DNA from: Bernardetiaceae bacterium
Lineage (GTDB): Bacteria > Bacteroidota > Bacteroidia > Cytophagales > Bernardetiaceae
NCBI GenBank assembly: GCA_036822015.1
Contig: DAISIL010000002.1
Span: 75,268-116,592, forward strand
Direction of reading: 5' to 3'
DNA: 41,325 nt
The position numbers and the translations under genes are program-made. This document shows, piece after piece, positions 17,019 to 26,100 of the stretch. Within the stretch, counting starts at the first letter, position 1; every line of letters starts with the position of its first letter. Under the pieces are notes generated by a model. That model saw only the letters and a list, made by a program, of their open reading frames with translations, was not told the origin of the DNA and did no database searches.

Positions 17019-18523
17019 AAGTCAAGCCTTTTTGGTGGCTTTGGGCGGTGGCGGCGGTCTGTTGGTGTTATCCCCTGGACTTTGCCCTCCTGGATTGGGA
17101 CGAGATCAACTTTGCGGCGGCGGCCCGCGAGATGCTCCTGCGCCGAGACTTTGGCCAGGTAACGATTGGCTTCCTGCCTTTCTACGAAAAACCGCCCTTG
17201 TTTTTTTGGTGCCAGGCCCTGGTCATGTACCTCTGGGACACCCATGCCGCTGCTGCTCGGCTACCCAATGCCCTTTGTGGGTTGCTGACGCTTTGGTTGC
17301 TTTACCGTTGGGGCGGCCCGCGTATCGGGACTTACTGGGCTTGCTTTTATGCGGCTTCTTGGCTGCCGCAATTTTACTTTCGGGTGGGATTGATTGATCC
17401 GGTGTTTAATCTGTTCATCGTTGGGGCTTTGTACACGATGCAAACCCACCCGCGACGCTGGTATGCCGTGGGGGGATGCCTCGGGTTGGCTGTCCTGACG
17501 AAAGGTTTTGCGGCTTGGGTGGTTTTTGTGGGCGTAGTCGGGTTTTGTTATCGTCGGGGCGATACCCGCTGGGCGGCTTACGCGCTACTGCTCAGTGCAG
17601 GCGTAGCGGCGGTGTATTTTTGGCAAACGGATCGGGCTTTTGGATGGGCTTTTTTGGTGTACCAGTGGGAGTTGTTGAGCCGTCCTGTGGCTGGGCATAG
17701 GGGTTTTTTGGGGTATCATGCGGTGGTGTTGGGGGTGGGCGTTTTTCCGGCGGTGGTATGGGCCTGGCCTTACTTGTGGCGGCGTTCGGGATATTGGTGG
17801 GGGCTTTTTTGGGTGGTCTTTGTGGTGTTTTCTTTGGTACAAACGAAGATCATTCACTACTCGTCCTTGTGTTATTTTCCGCTCACCTACTGGGCTGCCC
17901 AGGCTTGGGATAAAGAACCGGTTTTGCCGCTTGCTCGGCGCGTATTGTTTGGGTTGCTGGGTGGGGCGATGGTTGTGGTGGTGGTGGTGGTGCCGTGGGC
18001 AGGGCTGTATCTGGGGCCGTTGTTGGCTTGGTTGGAGATCAAGGATGCGTTTTTGTTGGCCTTGCCTGGTCAGGGTATTGTTTGGTTGCCGTGGCAAGGG
18101 CTGGGGTTGGGTGTGGGCTTGGCACTCTTGCTGGTTTGGCTAGGCCGTGGACGGTCGTTGGTGGTGGCAAGTGTGGGTTTTTTGTGCTGGTTTCAAGTAA
18201 CTTTGGCTGTGTTTATGCCGCGCATATTGGCTTACACGCAGGGGCCGGCAGTGGCTTTTTGTGAGCAGCACTCGGGAGCGTATTTCATCCCCGTTGGCTT
18301 CAAGACCTACACGCATTTTTTTTATGGACAGATGCCTGCTTTGCCTGCTTATGTAGGCACGGACAAAAAATCCCGACAAGATTGGCTGCTCTCTCCCGAA
18401 GGTCCTCCGGACGTGTATCTGATCGCTCGCCTAAACCGCAGACCGCCGCAAGATGAGCGCATCCGTTATCTCTACACCCGAGGTGGCTATGTCTTTTTTG
18501 AGAAAAAAGCAAGGCAGCGATAA
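17015..18523 (+). CDS. glycosyltransferase family 39 (ArnT/PMT-like) multi-pass membrane protein
   Basis: DEINFAAAAREM and the FYEKPPLFFW loop are typical of the PMT_2/ArnT family. About 12 TM helices. ATGA overlap with the BatA stop. Confidence 0.7.
   Translation: MKVKPFWWLWAVAAVCWCYPLDFALLDWDEINFAAAAREMLLRRDFGQVTIGFLPFYEKPPLFFWCQALVMYLWDTHAAAARLPNALCGLLTLWLLYRWGGPRIGTYWACFYAASWLPQFYFRVGLIDPVFNLFIVGALYTMQTHPRRWYAVGGCLGLAVLTKGFAAWVVFVGVVGFCYRRGDTRWAAYALLLSAGVAAVYFWQTDRAFGWAFLVYQWELLSRPVAGHRGFLGYHAVVLGVGVFPAVVWAWPYLWRRSGYWWGLFWVVFVVFSLVQTKIIHYSSLCYFPLTYWAAQAWDKEPVLPLARRVLFGLLGGAMVVVVVVVPWAGLYLGPLLAWLEIKDAFLLALPGQGIVWLPWQGLGLGVGLALLLVWLGRGRSLVVASVGFLCWFQVTLAVFMPRILAYTQGPAVAFCEQHSGAYFIPVGFKTYTHFFYGQMPALPAYVGTDKKSRQDWLLSPEGPPDVYLIARLNRRPPQDERIRYLYTRGGYVFFEKKARQR
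17975..17992 (+). repeat. (GTG)6 trinucleotide repeat encoding VVVVVV inside the GT39 gene
   Basis: gtggtggtggtggtggtg read directly from the sequence. Confidence 0.6.
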
Positions 18524-18586
18524 AGTGTGGATTTTTTGGGGGGAGGTGTTTGTTCGCTTTTTAGGATTTTACTTATTGGATAGCTG

Positions 18587-19421
18587 TCAGAATAGCTGCA
18601 TCTGTGGTTCAATTTCCTTGACCATCATCTGATGGTAGTCCTCCGTGATTTCGATGCCGATGCTGTGCCGCCCCATCTTTTGCGCAACCCGAAGGGTTGT
18701 TCCTGATCCGGCAAAGGGATCAAGTACGGTATCGCCTGCTTGTGTGAACAGTTTGATGAACCACTCAGGGAGGGAGTGCTTCTGGGAAGGCGGCTGGATG
18801 GTTTTTGTTTTGGCATTCTGTGGCCAGGTGGATCACGTTATTGGGATAAACGGTGTCTTTTCCTACCCAGTTGGCGATCTTCTTTCCAAAACCACTGCCA
18901 TTTTTGGCTGTATCGCGTACTTTATCCGTCTGGCTTAGATTTTTCAAACGCCCCTTTGCCCAGTCTCCAATCGGTACTTTGACGGCATCCTGGTACATGT
19001 TGAATTTTTTCTCTTTGTTGAACTGGAGCAAACGCTCCCAGCTATCTCTGAAGCGGTTCGACCACTTGCCTGGATAAGAATTTTTTTTGTGCCACACAAA
19101 CTCCTCCGTCCAAAGCCAGCCCTGCTGGCGCAAGGATAGGATCAACTCTAGTACATAGGTACTGCGTTCACCATTGACTACTTTCTCCTTGATATTCAGG
19201 ACAAACGTACCTGTAGGCTTGAGGATACGGTGCAACTCCCCCCCAATAGGCAGAAACCAGTCCACGTATTGATCGGGATGAATGCCACCATAGCTATTTT
19301 TTCTTTGGTCGGCATAAGGAGGCGATGTAAAGATGAGATCTACGCTTTGGTCGGGTAACTGTTGTAGTATCTCTCGGCAATCGCCCAAAAATATATCGGT
19401 CTTAATGGTCATCAAGAACAA
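18587..19421 (-). pseudogene. N4/N6 DNA methyltransferase (PF01555-like, beta-class: SPPY motif before FxGxG), disrupted by a +1 frameshift near 18770-18780
   Basis: Frame A gives MTIKTDIFLGDCREIL...DLIFTSPPY...HPAAFPEALPP*. Shifting one base continues EWFIKLFTQAGDTVLDPFAGSGTTLRVAQKMGRHSIGIEITEDYHQMMVKEIEPQMQLF*, the canonical C-terminal AdoMet-binding half. An extra C in tccctccctga explains the break. Confidence 0.7.
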
Positions 19422-19441
19422 AGATAATCAATCCCGCTTAC

Positions 19442-20080
19442 TTACCAGGGCAAAATTTTACGGAAAAGCCCCTTAGTGGTCTTGGAGATATAGGTCTCTG
19501 CGGCTTCATTTTTTTTGCGTGGAGGATGGGTGATCGCTTCCTGGACATCCTGCACAAACCGCTCATCAAAAAAACCGACGATGTACAACTTGAGCTGGCT
19601 TTGGAGCGTAATTAGCTCGGCAGCAAAGGTAAACACGTAGTTCGGCTGTTGGTGCTGGGCATCAAAGTAAGCCACCAGGCGTTCGGGCTGATAGGTTTGG
19701 GCTTCGGGGACATCACCGATGATCTGTTTTTGCAGGATTTCGGAGTATTTCGTTACCATGGCCGCCGTCAGGATGTTATCGACCTCGAGCAGGATGGCTT
19801 CTCGCATTTCGGGTTGGCCTACCAGGCTTCCAGGCAAGAGCAGCTCGGAGATACGGGGTTCGTCCGTCGGGCTGACGACCAAATAGACCTCGCCCGCAAA
19901 GTCGCCCTTGATGTCGGTACGCAAGACAAAAAACTCACCGTCCACAGCGGGCCAGGTCTTGGGCTGTACCGTAAAGTGATGCACAATGACCTCTTCTTTA
20001 ATCATTTTGCCGAACGCACTGGCCGCGTGTGCTAGTGCCATCTGGGTAATACTCGTTGCAAGTAGGGTGTGATCGCTCAT
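19442..20080 (-). CDS. cheC: CheC/CheX/FliY-family CheY-P phosphatase-like protein
   Basis: Two CheC-type helices. Motif 1 is degenerate (SITQMALAHAASAF versus the EIGNIGAGNAATAL consensus). Motif 2 is intact (LLEVDNILTAAMVTKYS, with E..N conserved). Located 16 bp downstream of cheA. Confidence 0.55.
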   Translation of the reverse strand: MSDHTLLATSITQMALAHAASAFGKMIKEEVIVHHFTVQPKTWPAVDGEFFVLRTDIKGDFAGEVYLVVSPTDEPRISELLLPGSLVGQPEMREAILLEVDNILTAAMVTKYSEILQKQIIGDVPEAQTYQPERLVAYFDAQHQQPNYVFTFAAELITLQSQLKLYIVGFFDERFVQDVQEAITHPPRKKNEAAETYISKTTKGLFRKILPW

Positions 20081-20096
20081 TTCCGGCTGGGTAAGT

Positions 20097-21872
20097 TTAG
20101 TGGCTTGATGCTAGGGTTTCCTGGTGGGTGAGCAAGCCAGAGGTTCTGAACAAAATCTTGATGAGATTGGGAATATCCAAGATGAGGCATACGTTGCCGT
20201 TGCCCAAAATGGTGGCGCCACTAAAAAAATAGATGCTTTCCAGAGGCTTTACGAGGGGTTTTTCGATGATCTCTTTTTGTTGGAGCAAGCGATCAACGAC
20301 CAGTCCTACCGAGCGGTTATCTGCCTGAACAATAATCATGTTCAGCAGGTCGTCCTCGGCGTGTTCGGAAAAGCTCTGCTGCAAGCGACGCGCCTGGTAG
20401 AGGTCCTCCAAACGCTGAACAGCAAAGACATCTCTAAGAAAAATAACCGAAATGGTCTTTTCCTGATGTGTCGTCATCAAGCCTTGCCCCACACGATGAA
20501 TCCGCGATTTGGGAACGGCAATGACGGCTTCGGTGAAGGCAAGCGGAATGGCAAACTCGGCTTCATTGAGAACAAAAAGCAGGGCGTTCTTGACCGCCAT
20601 CGAAGCGGGCAAGCGCAAGGCAAAACTTGTCCCGACACCCAGGGCGGTACGGATCTGGATGCTCCCACCGATCTGGTCAATGGCATTACGGACAACATCC
20701 ATGCCCACGCCGCGCCCCGAAACAGCCGTTACCTTTTCTTTGAGCGAAAAGTTGGGTTCAAAGATCAGGTCGATGACTTCTTTTTCGGTTAGTTTTTGGG
20801 CCATGCTTTCGCTAAACAACCCGCGTTCGATGGCCTTTTGGCGCACGCGCTCGGGGTCTATGCCACGTCCGTCATCAGCTACCTGAATGACGACACTGTC
20901 TTTTAAGTTATTGGCTTCCAGTCGAATAGTGCCTTTGGTGGGCTTGCCTACGCGCTGGCGTTCGTGGGGTTCTTCTAAGCCATGACTGACGGCATTTCTG
21001 ACCAGATGTATCATCGAGTCGGAGATCGTCTGGAGTACGTTTCGATCAATTTCGATGTCTGTTCCTTTCAGGATCAGTTCGACTTCTTTGCCTTCGGTGT
21101 GGGCTACATCTCGGACAATGCGGTGAAACTTCTGAAACAAGAGTTCTACCCGCACCAGACGCGCTCCCATGACGGAGTACTGCAAATCGGAAGTAATCCG
21201 GTTGAGGCGATCAAAGGTGTTGAGGCGCGATTGCCCCTGGCTGCGGTCGTTGGCGATGCGGTCTTTTTCGATGGCCAGTTCACCGACGAGTTTCATTAGG
21301 TCGTCGAGTTTCTTGACCGGTACCTGGATGGCTTCGGCAAAGGTGATCTTGGAGGCTTTTTTGGTTGAGTCGTCCGCTTCGTCTTCGTTGCTTGTCGCGG
21401 CGGGTGTAGGTGTAGGTAGGGGCGTATCCGCTTGTGGCGCCGGTGGGGCGGGTGGGCGTTCAGGTTGGGCTAGGGGGGCATCCTGACGCGAGGCTTGGGC
21501 GTTATCGAGGAGCAGCTTGAGTTTGGCGCGTAGCCCTTTGTAGGATACTTTTTGCCCGGTTTTGAGGGCATCCAGGAGTTCGCCGAGCTTATCGAGGGCG
21601 CGGAAGAGGTGGTTGAAGTCCTCTTTTTCCATGATCCAGCCGTGCTTTTTCATTTCCCCGAAGAGGTCTTCCATTGTGTGGGCCATCTCGGCGATGTCCT
21701 GAAACCCCATACCAGCGGCATCGCCTTTGAGGGTGTGCAGCCGTCGGAAGATGTGGTCGATCAGCCCTGAGTTGCTCAAGTCCTGCTCCAGTTCGGTGAA
21801 GAGCCGGTTGAGTTCTTCGTGATGGTTGAGGGCTTCGCCCATGAAAAGTTCCTTGAGTTCTTCGGTTTTCAT
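20097..21872 (-). CDS. cheA: chemotaxis histidine kinase CheA (HPt-dimerisation-HATPase-CheW-like; no obvious P2 domain)
   Basis: HTLKGDAAGMGF HPt phospho-His motif; RNAVSHGLEE...IQVADDGRGID ATPase motifs; C-terminal CheW-like domain. Confidence 0.9.
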   Translation of the reverse strand: MKTEELKELFMGEALNHHEELNRLFTELEQDLSNSGLIDHIFRRLHTLKGDAAGMGFQDIAEMAHTMEDLFGEMKKHGWIMEKEDFNHLFRALDKLGELLDALKTGQKVSYKGLRAKLKLLLDNAQASRQDAPLAQPERPPAPPAPQADTPLPTPTPAATSNEDEADDSTKKASKITFAEAIQVPVKKLDDLMKLVGELAIEKDRIANDRSQGQSRLNTFDRLNRITSDLQYSVMGARLVRVELLFQKFHRIVRDVAHTEGKEVELILKGTDIEIDRNVLQTISDSMIHLVRNAVSHGLEEPHERQRVGKPTKGTIRLEANNLKDSVVIQVADDGRGIDPERVRQKAIERGLFSESMAQKLTEKEVIDLIFEPNFSLKEKVTAVSGRGVGMDVVRNAIDQIGGSIQIRTALGVGTSFALRLPASMAVKNALLFVLNEAEFAIPLAFTEAVIAVPKSRIHRVGQGLMTTHQEKTISVIFLRDVFAVQRLEDLYQARRLQQSFSEHAEDDLLNMIIVQADNRSVGLVVDRLLQQKEIIEKPLVKPLESIYFFSGATILGNGNVCLILDIPNLIKILFRTSGLLTHQETLASSH

Positions 21873-21874
21873 GG

Positions 21875-22234
21875 CTACTGGATTTTTTGGAGTGCTTTGA
21901 GGAGTTCGTCTTCGGTGAAAGGCTTGGCCAGATAGCCGTTAGCCCCCTGTTGGAGTTCTTGTTGGATCATAGCTTGGTTTGCCAACGAACTGACCATGAG
22001 TATCTTGCCTTTGTATCCACGGGCGCGGAGTTCTTGTACGACATCACCTCCAAAGCCATCGGGTAGGATGTTATCGAGGGTGATGATAGCGGGCTGTAGG
22101 CTTTGGGCAAGGGTAAGGGCCTCCTCGGCTTTGTCCGTAACGCCAACGACGGTATATTTTCCTGCCAGGGCATTGCGGATCACCTCTTGCATGTACTTAG
22201 AATCTTCGACGATCAGGACGCTGTTACGGCTCAT
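21875..22234 (-). CDS. cheY: CheY-like single-domain response regulator
   Basis: 119-aa REC domain (VLIVEDS, IITLDNILPD, KPF). Confidence 0.85.
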   Translation of the reverse strand: MSRNSVLIVEDSKYMQEVIRNALAGKYTVVGVTDKAEEALTLAQSLQPAIITLDNILPDGFGGDVVQELRARGYKGKILMVSSLANQAMIQQELQQGANGYLAKPFTEDELLKALQKIQ

Positions 22235-22240
22235 GGGTGT

Positions 22241-22612
22241 TTATTTGTTTTTGGTCATCACCTCTTGAATGGCATCCAGGAGCTGCTCGGAGGAGAAAGG
22301 CTTGACGATGTAATGATCCGCTCCGAGGCCCATACCGGCATTGATAACCGACTGCTGCCCAACGGCACTAATCATGATGATCCTGGCATTGACGCTCTCC
22401 TCCTTGAGGGTGCGGATGATGTCCAGCCCCAGCATATCGGGCAAGATATTATCCAGCGTGATGAGGTCAGGCTGTAGCTCCAGGGCCAAGTCGATGGCAC
22501 TCTCACCGTCGGCGGCCTGCCCAACGATCTGGTAGTTGTTCTCCTCGAGGGCTTCCTTAATGACGGTTCGCATATAGAGCGAGTCGTCCACGATCAAGAC
22601 ACGTGTTGTCAT
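22241..22612 (-). CDS. cheY: CheY-like single-domain response regulator (tandem paralog)
   Basis: 123-aa REC domain (VLIVDDS, LITLDNILPD, KPF). About 70% DNA identity to the neighbouring cheY over the core. Confidence 0.85.
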   Translation of the reverse strand: MTTRVLIVDDSLYMRTVIKEALEENNYQIVGQAADGESAIDLALELQPDLITLDNILPDMLGLDIIRTLKEESVNARIIMISAVGQQSVINAGMGLGADHYIVKPFSSEQLLDAIQEVMTKNK

Positions 22613-23091
22613 AGTTCTTGTTTTGAGATTACCTTAAAAATATCAATCAAAATGATGAGTCGATCTTCGCCCACTCGGGCAATCCCCTCCACGTAGTTGC
22701 GCTCCGCGATCACTTGCGGGGAGCGGTCGATGTCAGCCTCGGGGATACTTAGCGTATTGGGTACCTGCCGAACAAGCAGCCCCATGTTGTGTTCCCAGCT
22801 CTCCACAACGAGTGTGTAAGGGGGTAGGGCATCGCTGCCTGGGTGGGGCAAGTCAAACTTTTTTTCTAAATCGACGATAGCCAGGATGTTGCCCCGTACA
22901 TTGGCGATACCGGCGATGTAATCGGGGGACATCGGGACGGCGGCGACCTTTGGCGTAGCCACGACTTCCTTGATCTGTTCGATGGACAAGCCATACTCCT
23001 CCTGCCCAAGCCGAAAGACGATGATTTGGGCGATCTCTTTGCTCCCCCGTGTATCGTTGAGGAGTGTGGCTGTCTGTAGTTGCTCTTGCAT
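22609..23091 (-). CDS. cheW: chemotaxis coupling protein CheW
   Basis: 160-aa CheW-like domain (IVFRLGQEEYGLSIEQIKEV...VRGNILAIVDL). ATGA overlap with the downstream cheY. Confidence 0.85.
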   Translation of the reverse strand: MQEQLQTATLLNDTRGSKEIAQIIVFRLGQEEYGLSIEQIKEVVATPKVAAVPMSPDYIAGIANVRGNILAIVDLEKKFDLPHPGSDALPPYTLVVESWEHNMGLLVRQVPNTLSIPEADIDRSPQVIAERNYVEGIARVGEDRLIILIDIFKVISKQEL

Positions 23092-23103
23092 CAGGTGAGG
23101 GGA

Positions 23104-26100
23104 TTAGACAAGTTTGAAGCGGCTAACCCCTGTTTTGAGCGTACCGGAGAGCTTGGCGAGTTCCTTACTGACAGTGGCAACCTCATCGACCGAACTTTGA
23201 AGCGTTTCGGATGACTTGGTGGCATCCTCTGTTCCTTTGGCAGTCTGGTGAGAGACCTGCACGATGCGTTGGATGTTGCTGGCTACCTGCGTGATGATCT
23301 CCTTTTGACCGCTGGTGGCTTCGGAGACACTGCGGGACAAATCCAGGGTTTCGCGGCTAGAATCGGAGATGTTCTCAAAGACCTCTCGGGCTTCTTTGGT
23401 GGCTCGGTTGCCGTTTTCTACGCTGTTTTTCATCCGATTGATAGAATCGGCGGCGGTGTTGATGTCTTTGGATACATCCTTGATGACCCGCTCGATGTCC
23501 GTAGCGGATCGTCGGGAATCCTCGGCTAGCTTTCGTATCTCTTCGGCAACGACGGCAAAGCCACGTCCGGCATCTCCGGCTCGGGCTGCTTCGATGGCAG
23601 CATTGAGGGCCAGGAGGTTGGTTTGGGCAGCAATGTCGGTGATGACACTCAAGGCACGGGAGATTTCATCGGAGCGATCGGAGAGCGTGCTGATGGAAGA
23701 GCTGGTGCGGTTGGCGGTCAGGTCGATCTGGCTCATCTCTTGTACCAGTTGTCGGATGATTTTCATCCCGTCGTCGCAACGCTGCATCCCTTTTTCGGCG
23801 GCTCCTCGGATGATACCCGCCTGCTGTCCTGTTTCGTCGGCACTCTTGATGACCTTCTCGACGAGTTGGGTTGCCTGATCGGTTTGTTGTACCTGCTGGT
23901 GCATCCCGTCGTTGATATTGACGATGGTCTTGACGACGCTTTGGGCATCTTTTTCCATGCCCTCAAATCGCTGCTCGAGTAGGTGAGAGGATTGCCCTAA
24001 CGTAACGGCACTGCTTTCGAGGTCTTTCAGGATCACGTTCAGGCTCTGGATGGCGTTGTTCATCGCCTGTCCCATGGCTTGAAGCTGCCCGGTGGCGGCG
24101 TAGTTGAAGGAGGTCGTTAGGTCTCCTTCGGAGAGCGACTGGATGACCCGCTTGATGTCCAGGATGGGTTCGGAGATGGAGCGGAGCAGTTCGTTTACCG
24201 AGTCAGCTAAGAGTTTCCAGGAACCCCTTGCGCCTTCGATGTTGAGGCGTTCGTCGAGCTTACCCTCCTTACCAGCAGCCTCCACGACGCGCTTGATTTC
24301 GGTGATAATGCTTCGGAGGTTATCGCGGAGGTTGATGGCGTTGCCGATCATCTTCCCGATGTCTCCTTCAATGCTTACGCCTTCGAGTTGGATTTCGGCA
24401 TCGAAGTTACCCTGGGAGAGGGCATCTACGAAGTTGCTCAAAGCCATGGAAGACTGCCGAAGGTCGGTTACGTTTCGGGCGTACTTGACAACTTTCAAGA
24501 AGTTGCCTTCACCGTCCGTGATCGGGGTGTAGTTGCCTTCGAGCCAGATGCGCTTGCCTGCTTTGTTTAGGCGCGGGTATGTCCCAAAGAGTGCCTTACC
24601 ACTGCGGAGGTCATCCCAGAACTCGCGGTACTCGCGGCTGTTGCGATAGACTTCATCACAGAACATGGCATGTGCCTTCCCGATGAATTCCTCACGCTGG
24701 TACCCCATCGCTTCCAGGAATCGGTTATTGGCCGAGATGACAACCCCCTCTCGATCAAACTCCACGACGAGGTTAGTCCGGTTGATGCCCTGGAGCTTGC
24801 CTCGGTTTTCGGCGTTACGGGTGCGGCGTTCGGTGGCATCCTGAGCAAACTTGACGATCTTGAGCAGTCGTCCGTCGTCATCCGTGATGGGGGTGTAGCT
24901 ACCCTCGAGCCAGATGCGTTGTCCGGCCTTGCCGATACGGGGGTAGGTATCAAAAACGGCTTCTCCTTGTCGGAGTTTTTTCCAGAGGTCTTGGTAGGTG
25001 CTGCTGTTGATGTGGTTTTGATCGCAGAAGAAACTGTGAGGCTTGCCGATGACCTCTTCGAGGGTATAGCCGCTGGTTTGGAGGAAGTTTTCGTTGGCGG
25101 TCAGGAGCCGGCCTTCAAAATCGTACTCTATGACGATGTTGGTGCTATTGATCCCCTCAAGTTTGCCTCGGTTTTCGGCGTTGCGTCGCTTGCGCTGGGT
25201 TACATCGACGGCAAGGGTCAGGATGCTGGACAGGTTGCCGCTTTGGTCATAGATCGGGCTAAACGATTCCTGGATGAAAACCTCTCGCTTATCCTTCGTG
25301 ATCCTTCGGTAGTCGCCAAAGAGGGTCTTTCCCTCTCGAAGGGTTTGCCACATTTCTTTGTAGCTCGGTGAGGCGACCTCCTCGGGCTTGCAAAGGAAGC
25401 TATGGTGCTTGCCGATCAGTTCATCTCGGGTGTAGCCCACAAAGTCAAGGTAGGTTTTGTTTGCGTCCAGGATTTGCCCTTCGGGTGAGAGTTCGATTGT
25501 ACCGTTGGATTTGCCGATGGCAAAGTTTTGGGCTTCTATGCGGGCGGTTTGTTCGATGCGATCCGTGATGTCGATGCGGAAGCCGAGATACTTGTAGATG
25601 TCGCCGTTTTCGTCTCGGACGGGGGCAATCGTAGCATCGACCCAATAGGTGCGTCCATCTTTGGCGCGGTTGCGGTAGGTTCCCTGGAAGATGTTTCCTG
25701 CCTGGATGGTTTCCCACATCTCTTTGAAGATGGTTTTGGGTGTCTCGGGATGGCGGATGATGCTATGCGGCTTACCGATGAGTTCGGCTTCGGTGTATTG
25801 GGCGACTTCACAAAACTTATCGTTGGCATACGTGATGCGCCCTTGCAAGTCGGATTCACTCAGAAGAGCCACCTTGCTGATGACCTTCAGACGTACCTCG
25901 AGTTCGTTTTGGAGGCGTTGTAGCTCCAGTTCTCGTTGTTTTTGTGCGGTGATGTCGATACGGAAGCCCAGATACTTGACAATCTCACCTTTTTCGTTCA
26001 GGATGGGGGCAATGGAGGCATCGACCCAGTAATCTGTACCGTCTTTGCGGCGGTTTCTGATGGTCTTTTGGAAGAGCTTACCGGCCTTGATCGTATCCCA

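Noticed and set aside
17585-18097. 170-aa minus-strand ORF with a HHHHHH tract, plus the 17718-18143 plus-strand W/C-rich ORF
   Set aside because: The first is antisense and the second is an alternative frame of the GT39 membrane-protein gene. The His run is simply the reverse complement of the (GTG)6 Val codons.
24670-25371. 233-aa plus-strand ORF, and many other 60-190-aa plus-strand ORFs between 23.2 and 30.6 kb
   Set aside because: All are antisense to the 2434-aa MCP gene, which has unmistakable PAS/MCP motifs. They are typical long spurious ORFs in GC-rich antisense frames with no recognisable domains.
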